IMG/VR virus record: IMGVR_UViG_3300032330_001713
Span: 1-29,187 of that record
Reading direction: 5' to 3' (one strand)
DNA length: 29,187 bases
From: a virus
Lineage: Duplodnaviria; Caudoviricetes
Positions 8,259-16,845 of this stretch are shown in pieces (position 1 is the first letter of the stretch; each line of letters starts with the position of its first letter). Both the position numbers and the translations under genes were made by a program. Under the pieces are notes generated by a model. It saw nothing but the letters and a program-made list of their open reading frames with translations. It was not told the DNA's origin and searched no databases.

Positions 8259-10468
8259 TGGCTGAAGATAAAAAATTATTTTACCCTAAGATAGAACCAG
8301 GAGATATCCAAACGATACATCCTGATGGTGGAGGTATTGTAATGACAAAAGGATTTAAAGCTTTAGTAGGTGAAACTGATGGTGAGACAGTTGATAATCT
8401 TAATGCAGAAGGATATAATGGTTATATTGATACTGTTCCTAATAATGCAAATGGAATATTTGTTTATAGTGAACAATCACCACCTTTAGAAGATAATATA
8501 CCTGTAGGAAATGAAAATAGAACCTCAATTATAGAACCTACTCCTGTTCCTGTTGTTGCACCTCCCCCTACTAAACCACGTATAGGTCTTCTTATAGGTG
8601 ATAGTCAAGTACCTGATATATTTCAAAATGTAAAAACACCTAATTTATTAATTACTATTGAAGCACCAGATACAAAAAATGGTGAGTTTTGGAAAACAGG
8701 ATGGGGATTAAATAGTTTAGAAAAAGCATTATCATCAACTCAAGATGGTATTAATGGTGATTCTCCTCCATTTATAGACCTTTTAGCTGATACTAAATCA
8801 AAGAAAAAACCAAAAAATACATATATAGGAAAATCAGGACAAAATGATTTACTAAAACCAGAATCAATTGATATAATTTTTATTTGTATAGGTACTAATA
8901 ATGGATTTGAAGTAACTAAAGCAAATATAACAAATATGTTAGCTATAAAAATAGAATTACATGCTATTTTCCCTAATTATAAAGAACTTTATATCATAAA
9001 AGGAAGTTGGGGTTGGGGTGGTGTATCTAACAAAACAGAAGTAGACGCTCAAAAATTTGCTGATAAGTTCACAGAAATATATCCTGAAGAACTTATATAT
9101 AGGGAAGGTGATGATGGTGACTTTCAACAGGATTATCTTGTACCTCACCCTGCTTCTGTTTTAAAAAATGCTATTGGCTATTCTAAAACACATCCAGGAC
9201 CTAACACACCTGGTGTGAAAGCTGTTGCCGCTGAAATAGATAGCATATTGCAAGGATCTACTGTAGTAACTACTACCCCTTCCGCTACTGTACTTACACA
9301 AGGACAAAAAGCCCCAGACGATAAAAACCCAGTATATGATTTAAAATCAGCTGAAATAATAAAAGAAGCAGCTAATGATGATAAATTAATTATAGGCGCT
9401 GGGGAAGAAGGTATATATGATGTTGATTTTAATAGTTTACCTAACCGTGAACAAGATGTAATAATAGGATTAAACAATAATTCTAACGCTGTATCAGAAC
9501 AATCAGGTGTAAATACCGATGATTTAGTTAATACATCAGGTATTACTGTTATTGATTTAACTAATGAAAAAAAATATACAACAGGTGAAACTAAAACAGC
9601 TATTTTAGGTGTAGGTGTTGCTAGTACAGGGGGTGGAGGAAATGTAAATTTAAATGCTAGTTTAAATATATTAGCTGCCGCAGGTGCTATTGAAGATGAT
9701 AATATATTAAAAGCAGTAGCTTCTACTAAAACAGGAGCAAATAATGTTATTGACATATTAATTAATTGTAATCCTGAGAATGCTCCTGCGATATATAATT
9801 CATCATTACCTAAATTTAAAAAAGCTGATCTTTGTACAAACCCACCTACAGATAATCCAATATTGGTAGCTATAGGAAATAAAATGGGCCCATTTAATGG
9901 AATATATGGTCGTAAAAGTTTATGGTGTGCTAGTGGATTATCATTTGCTTTCTTAGCATTCAACCAAACAACAGATGAATTAAAAACTAAATCTACTAAA
10001 AGTGGTGGTTTTCCTTGTTCAACATCTTCATATATAGTACCCACTAAACCTTTTACAGGTGCTAAAACAGCTTTTGTAGTAGGAGCAGATTTTAATACCC
10101 AAGGTCAGTTAACTGATTCAGGAATAGTTAAATTTAATGAAATAAAATCTTATAAAGGAGCTGTTTTTACAGTAGGTAATGGGGCTCAAGGACATATTGG
10201 ATTTATTTTATATGTTGAAAATTCAAGTAAAGGAGGATGGATATTACATACTTTAGAATGTAACGCTGGAAGAAGTATAAAATTCTTAAAAAGATATATA
10301 GGTGGTAACTGGGGAGCATGGGCCGGTGGAAACAATACAAATATATATATAGGTGATTTATCAACTTATACAGGTGGTGCTTACGCAACTAATGGTATAG
10401 GATCAGATTATTCATTAACAGGTATAGGTTCAGTTAAAACCTTTTACACAAATAATCCTAGTTTATAA
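8258..10468 (+). CDS. Multidomain virion-associated hydrolase: SGNH/GDSL esterase plus C-terminal CHAP/NlpC-like peptidase
   Basis: LLIGDSQ (8597-8608), ICIGTNN (8891-8902) and candidate His in KTHP (9191). WCASG (9923), GHIGFI (10190) and TLECN near 10256. Pro/Thr-rich linkers flank the SGNH domain. Confidence 0.7.
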   Translation: MAEDKKLFYPKIEPGDIQTIHPDGGGIVMTKGFKALVGETDGETVDNLNAEGYNGYIDTVPNNANGIFVYSEQSPPLEDNIPVGNENRTSIIEPTPVPVVAPPPTKPRIGLLIGDSQVPDIFQNVKTPNLLITIEAPDTKNGEFWKTGWGLNSLEKALSSTQDGINGDSPPFIDLLADTKSKKKPKNTYIGKSGQNDLLKPESIDIIFICIGTNNGFEVTKANITNMLAIKIELHAIFPNYKELYIIKGSWGWGGVSNKTEVDAQKFADKFTEIYPEELIYREGDDGDFQQDYLVPHPASVLKNAIGYSKTHPGPNTPGVKAVAAEIDSILQGSTVVTTTPSATVLTQGQKAPDDKNPVYDLKSAEIIKEAANDDKLIIGAGEEGIYDVDFNSLPNREQDVIIGLNNNSNAVSEQSGVNTDDLVNTSGITVIDLTNEKKYTTGETKTAILGVGVASTGGGGNVNLNASLNILAAAGAIEDDNILKAVASTKTGANNVIDILINCNPENAPAIYNSSLPKFKKADLCTNPPTDNPILVAIGNKMGPFNGIYGRKSLWCASGLSFAFLAFNQTTDELKTKSTKSGGFPCSTSSYIVPTKPFTGAKTAFVVGADFNTQGQLTDSGIVKFNEIKSYKGAVFTVGNGAQGHIGFILYVENSSKGGWILHTLECNAGRSIKFLKRYIGGNWGAWAGGNNTNIYIGDLSTYTGGAYATNGIGSDYSLTGIGSVKTFYTNNPSL

Positions 10469-10923
10469 TGACTGATTTTAAAGATATACGAAAATATAGT
10501 GGTAAACAAGTACTTATATCATCAAATAGATTAGTATTTAACTCATCTAAAGATAGTATAATACTTACCTCAGCTCAATTTATTAATTTATCAGCTGCTG
10601 AAAAAGTAACAGTTGACGTTGGTCCTACAAATAGTACTGATGAAAACAATATGTTTTTAGTTAACGCTCCTAAAGTTCAATTTGGTTTAAACTCAAAAGG
10701 CAGAACTGTTGAACCAATAGTAAAAGGTGATTCTTTAGAAAAAACATTAAATGATCTAATGTCCGCTATAGAAATGTATAGTGATATGGTTACAGCATCT
10801 GTACCACTTATTTCTCCATTATTAGCTGTAGCATCAACCACTCTAAAAGCTAAATTAGCAATAGTAAAATCAGAGTTAAAAGCTAAAGGCAATGTTAAAT
10901 CAGATACATCATATACAATATAA
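10468..10923 (+). CDS. Baseplate spike / hub C-terminal-like protein
   Basis: Short alternating beta strands (QVLISSNRLVFNSSKDSIILTSAQFINLSA), then VQFG...EPIVKGDSL...L, typical of gpV/gp45-like spike ends. TAATG coupling. Confidence 0.6.
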   Translation: MTDFKDIRKYSGKQVLISSNRLVFNSSKDSIILTSAQFINLSAAEKVTVDVGPTNSTDENNMFLVNAPKVQFGLNSKGRTVEPIVKGDSLEKTLNDLMSAIEMYSDMVTASVPLISPLLAVASTTLKAKLAIVKSELKAKGNVKSDTSYTI

Positions 10924-11939
10924 TGAGTACAAATAATTTTAATATAACTTCAAACAATAAAACTTTAACTACTGAACAGTTAAATAGTAATACTAACCTT
11001 ATTACTGCTCAAAAAGATAAACAAAGAAAAAAATTAGATAATGCTAAAAAAGCCATTGATGATCAGGCAAGTTATTTAAAAGATCAATCTGAAACAAATT
11101 CAAGAGAAAATAAAGCAAAATTAGCAGGTATATTAGCTCCTGTTATAGCAAGTTTCTTTACATCAGAAGTTATTATTAATTCATCTATTAAAACATTACT
11201 TAGATCAACTAAAAAGAAACTTGTAGATAAAGGTAATGTAAGTGCTGGTGAATACTCAATTACTTTTACTCCTACTGTTGCTGGTGATTATTTAGAACAT
11301 AAAAGAAATTTTGATAAAAAAATAAGCAATATGAAAAATATTGTTAAAATTTTAAAAACAACAATAACATTACTACAAAATACAATTCGTGTTTTAAATT
11401 TAGGTTTATCTCTTACAAGAACATTTATAGCGATTAAAACTAAATTATTAAATGTTCAATTAACAGCTACATCAATTGATTTTGCTTCACCTGCACCTGC
11501 TAAACCAGCAGCTGCTACTCAATTTCCTAATATTATTAAAAAATTAAAGAAATTAGAAAAAGCTGAAAAAGATTTAGAATTAGCACAATCAATGTTACTT
11601 GCAGCTACTGCATTTTTACCTATATTATTAGCTACTTTAGCGAATATACAAAATAAATTAAACCAATTAAGTTTTGTTATTGTCGCACCAAACTTACCAT
11701 CAGGTAATATATCTAGTGATTCTGCTACAGGAATTATACAGAATGTAGCACCTAGTGAAGAAGATTATATAAGTGAATTAGGTAAATCATATAAATTAAA
11801 ATTAGTAACATTACCTAATAACTTTAGACAATACCAAGCTTTGGACTCTTTTAGTGGATTGAAAATAACTCAAACAGCCCCTAGCAAAACTAAATCAAAT
11901 GGTGATTTACTTAACGAAATTAAACAAATACTAGGATAA
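10923..11939 (+). CDS. Hypothetical helical/coiled-coil protein in the baseplate region
   Basis: 338-aa ORF with TAATG coupling, long amphipathic helices and a hydrophobic stretch MLLAATAFLPILLATLA. Confidence 0.7.
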   Translation: MSTNNFNITSNNKTLTTEQLNSNTNLITAQKDKQRKKLDNAKKAIDDQASYLKDQSETNSRENKAKLAGILAPVIASFFTSEVIINSSIKTLLRSTKKKLVDKGNVSAGEYSITFTPTVAGDYLEHKRNFDKKISNMKNIVKILKTTITLLQNTIRVLNLGLSLTRTFIAIKTKLLNVQLTATSIDFASPAPAKPAAATQFPNIIKKLKKLEKAEKDLELAQSMLLAATAFLPILLATLANIQNKLNQLSFVIVAPNLPSGNISSDSATGIIQNVAPSEEDYISELGKSYKLKLVTLPNNFRQYQALDSFSGLKITQTAPSKTKSNGDLLNEIKQILG

Positions 11940-11943
11940 TAAA

Positions 11944-11951
11944 ATATTTAT
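11944..11951 (+). promoter_or_regulatory. ATATTTAT candidate late promoter
   Basis: In a 16-nt gap, 4 nt before ATG 11956. Confidence 0.55.
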
Positions 11952-11955
11952 TAAC

Positions 11956-12420
11956 ATGAAAGCGGATACATTCGTAAAATTATTAAGAAAAGTTGTACGT
12001 GAAGAAGTACAAGCTGTTGTAAGGGAAGAGCTAGGATTATTATTAGAGACACCATCTCCTAAACCGGTAGTGGCAGAGTCCAAAAAACCGGTTGTTAAAA
12101 ATTCCATGGTCGAGTCAATACGACCTGCCAAACCTACACAGCCTTCAAAACCTATGAACTTTTCTAGCAATGATGTTTTGAACCAAATTTTAAATGAAAC
12201 AGCAAATGCTGGTGAATGGAGAACAGTAGCTGATATGAAAGCTGAAAATGCTATGGGTTTCGGAGGAAACGCGTACGGAAACGAACCAATGGTAGTAGAA
12301 AGTGTAGACCAAATGCTTGCTAATACAAGACCGGCAGGAGATATTAATGCTGTTAGAATAGATGTTGTGCCTGATTTTACTGGCCTGATGGCTAAAATGA
12401 AACAAGAAGGACAAATCTAA
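11956..12420 (+). CDS. Hypothetical protein
   Basis: 154-aa ORF; N-terminal KLLRKVVREEVQAVVREEL helix, central low-complexity region, C-terminal DFTGLMAKM. Confidence 0.75.
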   Translation: MKADTFVKLLRKVVREEVQAVVREELGLLLETPSPKPVVAESKKPVVKNSMVESIRPAKPTQPSKPMNFSSNDVLNQILNETANAGEWRTVADMKAENAMGFGGNAYGNEPMVVESVDQMLANTRPAGDINAVRIDVVPDFTGLMAKMKQEGQI

Positions 12421-12842
12421 TGCTAAATAGACCAACATATACTTTAAACCCACAAGACGTCGGACAAAAACGAGGTATTGGTATTAATGTTTTATTTAAT
12501 AATGGTACTAATGTATTCAATCAAACTTTTACTACTAAAGAACAAGTAAAAGCTAATTTGATTAATTATATACTTACAAATAAAGGTGAGCGCTTTTTTT
12601 ATCCTCAATTTGGTGGAGACCTAAGAGCATCATTATTTGAACCAACAACAACATTTGACTCAATAGCGGCTAGACTAGAAAAAGAAATTACCGCTTATGT
12701 GCCTAATATTATTATAAATAACATTAATGTTAAAAAATTTTCTGATGAGAATTTAGTTAACATATCAATAGACTATTCAATCAGTAATCAACCTGATACA
12801 TTAGTGATAAATGTTTCAACCACCGATTTAATTAACCAATAA
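12420..12842 (+). CDS. Baseplate wedge protein, T4 gp25 / P2 gpW-like
   Basis: ILTNKGERFFYPQFGGDLRASLFEP...ITAYVPNI matches the gp25 GER..P.FG..L...LFEP signature. Confidence 0.92.
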   Translation: MLNRPTYTLNPQDVGQKRGIGINVLFNNGTNVFNQTFTTKEQVKANLINYILTNKGERFFYPQFGGDLRASLFEPTTTFDSIAARLEKEITAYVPNIIINNINVKKFSDENLVNISIDYSISNQPDTLVINVSTTDLINQ

Positions 12843-14716
12843 TGGCAAACCAACCAGATATAAAATATTTTGATAAAGACTTTACTACGTTAAAGCAGGA
12901 TTTAATTAACTACGCTAGAACGTATTTCCAAAACAACTATATGGACTTCAGTCCATCTGCTCCTGGTAACATGTTTATGGAAATGGCTGCTTATGTAGGT
13001 GATGTATTATCATTTTATACTGATACTCAGTTACAAGAAACATTATTATTATACGCTCAAGAAAGAAAGAATATTATTGCTTTAGCATATGCTTTAGGTT
13101 ATAGACCTAAAGTAACTACAACATCTACAGTAATGTTAGATGTATTCCAATTAATACCTTCTGATGGTGCTCCTAATTACAAACCAGATTTTAGGTATGC
13201 TTCTAGAATTGATCAAAATGCTACAATTAAATCAATATCAAATCCAAGTATTACATTCATAACTCAAGATTTAGTTGATTTTAAATTTTCATCTTCATTT
13301 GATCCAACTGATAATTCAGTTTATCAATATTTTACAAATACATCTAACCCACAATATTATTTACTTAAAAAACAAGTAAAAGCAATATCAGGACAAATTA
13401 AAACAACTACTTTCACATTTGGTAATCCTGATCAATTCCCTACTGTTACTATCAATGAATCTAATATTATTGAAGTAATTAGTATAGTAGATAGTGATAA
13501 TAATCAATGGATTGAAGTACCTTATTTAGCACAGGATACTGTGTTTGATGAGTCACTTAACTTACCTGTTAATGAACCCAACTACTATAATGATGATGAT
13601 AACGCTCGTTTTTTATTACGTTTAAAAAAGGTTCAAAGACGTTTTACAACACGATTTAATGATGATAATAATATTACGTTAGAATTTGGAGGCGGCGTTA
13701 CTTCAGTTCCTGATGAGACAATTATCCCTAATCCTGATAATGTTGGTTTAGGTTTAGTAGATGGTATAAGTAAAATGAATATGGCTTATGACCCATCAAA
13801 CTTCCAATATACAAATGAATATGGTATCGCTCCTGCTAATACAACTTTAACAGTAACTTATTTAGTAGGTGGTGGTAGTGAAACTAATTTACCAACAGAT
13901 GATATTGGTTTAAATGATGTTATTAATATTAATATTAATGATTATAATTTAGATAACGCATTACTTAATATAGTAAAAGGATCAGTTAGATTTAATAACG
14001 CAACCCCATCATCTGGAGGCGGACCTGGTGAAAGTACAGAACAAATAAGATTACAAGCATTAGCTAACTTTCCAACTCAAAATAGAAATGTAACTAAAGC
14101 TGATTATTTAGTTCGTACTTTATCTATGCCCGCTAAATATGGTTATATAAGTAAAGCTTACGTAGCGCAAGATTATTTAGTAGCAAATGATTCTGATAAG
14201 CAAAATTTTATTACTAATAATCCATTAGCAATTTCAGTATATGTTTTATCAAATAATATAGATGGTAAAATAACAACAGCTGCTAATGTTATAAAACAAA
14301 ACTTAAAAACATACTTATCATATGAAAAAATGATGAGTGATGCTGTATTAATTAAAGACGCTTATTACGCTAATATTAAAGTTAATTTTGACATAACAGT
14401 ATTACCAGCCTATAACTCTCAAGATATTTTAACTAAATGTATTAATGAATTAAAAAATTATTTTGATATAGCTAAATGGCAAATTAATCAACCAATTATA
14501 TATTCAGACATTTATAACTTAATAGGTGCTGTTAAGGGTGTTCAATCAGTAATTAAAGTTGAAATTAAAAATCTATCAGGAGGTAATTATTCTCCATACA
14601 GTTATGATATATCAGCAGCTACAAAGCAAGGTGTTGTTTATCCTTCATTAGATCCAATGATTTTTGAAGTAAGATATCCTGACACTGATATTTATGGCCG
14701 CATTGTAACTTACTAA
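12842..14716 (+). CDS. Baseplate wedge protein, T4 gp6 / baseplate J-like
   Basis: DFTTLKQDL...YMDF...EMAAYVGDVLSFY...ALGYRP at the N-terminus; LEFG, YLVGGG, GGGPGESTEQIR, QNRNVTKADY. Directly follows gp25. Confidence 0.92.
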   Translation: MANQPDIKYFDKDFTTLKQDLINYARTYFQNNYMDFSPSAPGNMFMEMAAYVGDVLSFYTDTQLQETLLLYAQERKNIIALAYALGYRPKVTTTSTVMLDVFQLIPSDGAPNYKPDFRYASRIDQNATIKSISNPSITFITQDLVDFKFSSSFDPTDNSVYQYFTNTSNPQYYLLKKQVKAISGQIKTTTFTFGNPDQFPTVTINESNIIEVISIVDSDNNQWIEVPYLAQDTVFDESLNLPVNEPNYYNDDDNARFLLRLKKVQRRFTTRFNDDNNITLEFGGGVTSVPDETIIPNPDNVGLGLVDGISKMNMAYDPSNFQYTNEYGIAPANTTLTVTYLVGGGSETNLPTDDIGLNDVINININDYNLDNALLNIVKGSVRFNNATPSSGGGPGESTEQIRLQALANFPTQNRNVTKADYLVRTLSMPAKYGYISKAYVAQDYLVANDSDKQNFITNNPLAISVYVLSNNIDGKITTAANVIKQNLKTYLSYEKMMSDAVLIKDAYYANIKVNFDITVLPAYNSQDILTKCINELKNYFDIAKWQINQPIIYSDIYNLIGAVKGVQSVIKVEIKNLSGGNYSPYSYDISAATKQGVVYPSLDPMIFEVRYPDTDIYGRIVTY

Positions 14717-14726
14717 AAATTAACTT

Positions 14727-15326
14727 ATGGACTTAAATAAATTAAAAGGACATGTTCCTGATAAAGTAATTGATCAAATCCCAGGAGTAATGGAAAAATT
14801 CCAAATTAATACTCCACTACGTTTAGCTCACTTTTTAGCTCAATGTGGTCATGAGTCAGGTGGATTCCGATTAACAAAAGAAAATTTAAACTATAGTGCT
14901 AAAGGTTTAGCAGGTACATTTAAAAAATATTTCCCTACTGAAGCCGCCGCAGCATCATATGCTAGACAGCCTGAAAAAATTGCCAATAAAGTATATGGTA
15001 ATAGAATGGGTAATGGTCCTGAAGCAAGTGGTGATGGCGCTAAATTCTGTGGCCGTGGCTATATTCAATTAACAGGTAAAGATAATTACACAGCATTTGG
15101 TAAATCTATTAATGAAGATATGACTGTAAACCCACAAGCAGTAGCAGACAAATATGCATTATTATCAGCAGCTTGGTTCTTTAATAAGAATGGCTTACAT
15201 AAAATAGCTGATGAAGGTGCTTCTGATGTGGTTGTAACTAAAATTACAAAACGTGTTAATGGTGGTACTATTGGTTTAGCTGATCGTATCAAGCACTTTA
15301 AAGAATATCACGCCTTACTAGCTTAA
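14727..15326 (+). CDS. Glycoside hydrolase family 19 endolysin
   Basis: RLAHFLAQCGHESGGF, ENLNYS, GRGYIQLTGKDNY, SAAWFF, ITKRVNGGTIGLADR. Confidence 0.95.
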   Translation: MDLNKLKGHVPDKVIDQIPGVMEKFQINTPLRLAHFLAQCGHESGGFRLTKENLNYSAKGLAGTFKKYFPTEAAAASYARQPEKIANKVYGNRMGNGPEASGDGAKFCGRGYIQLTGKDNYTAFGKSINEDMTVNPQAVADKYALLSAAWFFNKNGLHKIADEGASDVVVTKITKRVNGGTIGLADRIKHFKEYHALLA

Positions 15327-15342
15327 TCTCTATAAACATTCC

Positions 15343-15351
15343 ATATTTATA
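15343..15351 (+). promoter_or_regulatory. ATATTTATA candidate late promoter
   Basis: Intergenic, 20 nt before ATG 15372. Preceded by ACATTCC, as is the 6832 copy. Confidence 0.6.
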
Positions 15352-15371
15352 CTAGAATAATACTAATATAA

Positions 15372-16484
15372 ATGGGTGTTTACAAAATATTTCCGTCACA
15401 GGATACAACAATCTATACAGATTACGAAGCCTTAAACGCAGGATTAGATTCCATATTGGACTTATCTAAGAATGCTCCATACTTATACCCTTCGTCTTCT
15501 ACTAGCCGTGCTTTAATTAAGTTTGATAATGATGATATTGCTGAAGCAGTATCTAAATCAGGCGCTAATTTTACAGCATCTCTTAAATTATATAACGCCA
15601 ACGTAGATGGCATACCATCTAACTTCAACATTGAAGTACATCCAGTATATCAAAGTTGGGATATGGGTACAGGACGTTTTAATAATATTCCTGAAACTGT
15701 AGATGGAGCTAGTTGGGAATATAGAACAGCAAATCTTACAAATGCATGGTCAACAGTAAGTTTACCAACAGGCGTAACTGCTTCTTACTTTGGTTTTATT
15801 AAAGGTGGTGGTAATTATTATACCTCTTCTGTTACACAATCATTTGATTATTTCTCAACTAAAGATATTAATGTTGATGTAACTCAATTTGTTGGATGGT
15901 GGACAGGAAGCGTTATTAATAATAACGGATTTATAGTAATGAATAGCACAGCACCTTCACCAACTGGTACAGGCTCATTTGAATTCGATCCTCATTATCA
16001 ATATACATTTAACTTCTTTTCTAGAGATACTAACACTATTTATCCTCCATGTTTGGAGTTTAAATGGAATGATAGTACATTCAACACAGGTTCAGCGGTA
16101 ACTATACCTAATGAAGAAATAAACATTGCTATTGCAAATAATAAAGGTGTATTTTATGATACTGAATATGTGAAATTTAGAGTATATGCTAGAGAGAAAT
16201 ATCCCGCTAGAGTTTATTCACAAACATCATTATATCCATACAATAAAATATTACCAACTGCTTCATACTACTCAATTATAGATTTAAATACAAATCTAAA
16301 AGTAGTTGATTTTGATACTTCAGCTACTAAATTAAGTGCTGATACAACAAGTAGTTACTTCAGAATGTATATGAATGGGTTAGAACCAGAACGTTATTAT
16401 AAAATACAAATTAAGTCTATCATTGACGGTGGTACTTATATTTTTGATGACGATTATTATTTTAAAGTATTACAAACAGTTTAA
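15372..16484 (+). CDS. Putative virion structural protein (beta-rich, DNRLRE-like N-terminal domain)
   Basis: DTTIY...SRALIKFD...ASLKLY...SWDMGTG...DVTQFV..W...NNGFIV...PPCLEFKW; Ig-like C-terminal part. Confidence 0.65.
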   Translation: MGVYKIFPSQDTTIYTDYEALNAGLDSILDLSKNAPYLYPSSSTSRALIKFDNDDIAEAVSKSGANFTASLKLYNANVDGIPSNFNIEVHPVYQSWDMGTGRFNNIPETVDGASWEYRTANLTNAWSTVSLPTGVTASYFGFIKGGGNYYTSSVTQSFDYFSTKDINVDVTQFVGWWTGSVINNNGFIVMNSTAPSPTGTGSFEFDPHYQYTFNFFSRDTNTIYPPCLEFKWNDSTFNTGSAVTIPNEEINIAIANNKGVFYDTEYVKFRVYAREKYPARVYSQTSLYPYNKILPTASYYSIIDLNTNLKVVDFDTSATKLSADTTSSYFRMYMNGLEPERYYKIQIKSIIDGGTYIFDDDYYFKVLQTV

Positions 16485-16486
16485 TA

Positions 16487-16843
16487 ATGGCTGAACAAGT
16501 TGATATACAAAAAACTATATACGGTTTAAATAGTTTTAATAATACTATTGATACTAACTTTAATCAGTTAGCTAAATCAATTAGTATTAATCAAAGTACC
16601 GCTAATCAAAAAAATGATATAGCTCAATTCTTTGATGATTATAATTCATTATTTTACGATATACCAAAAGATGGTGTTAATGATTCTCATCAAGGTATAG
16701 CTTATAAAAGTATGGAATACTTAGGTATATCTTTACAAGATCTTCAAGATGAAATATCATTATTAAGACAAGAAAATACTGAATTGAAAAACCAAATTTT
16801 ACAATCATCCCAACTTAACCCTGGAGATATAGCAGAATTATAA
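16487..16843 (+). CDS. Hypothetical structural-region protein with C-terminal coiled coil
   Basis: 118 aa; LQDLQDEISLLRQENTELKNQI heptads. Confidence 0.7.
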   Translation: MAEQVDIQKTIYGLNSFNNTIDTNFNQLAKSISINQSTANQKNDIAQFFDDYNSLFYDIPKDGVNDSHQGIAYKSMEYLGISLQDLQDEISLLRQENTELKNQILQSSQLNPGDIAEL

Positions 16844-16845
16844 TT

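Noticed and set aside
9178-10044. 288-aa minus-strand ORF
   Set aside because: Lies wholly antisense to ORF8258, which has recognisable motifs. It has no motifs of its own and is best explained as a codon-bias shadow.
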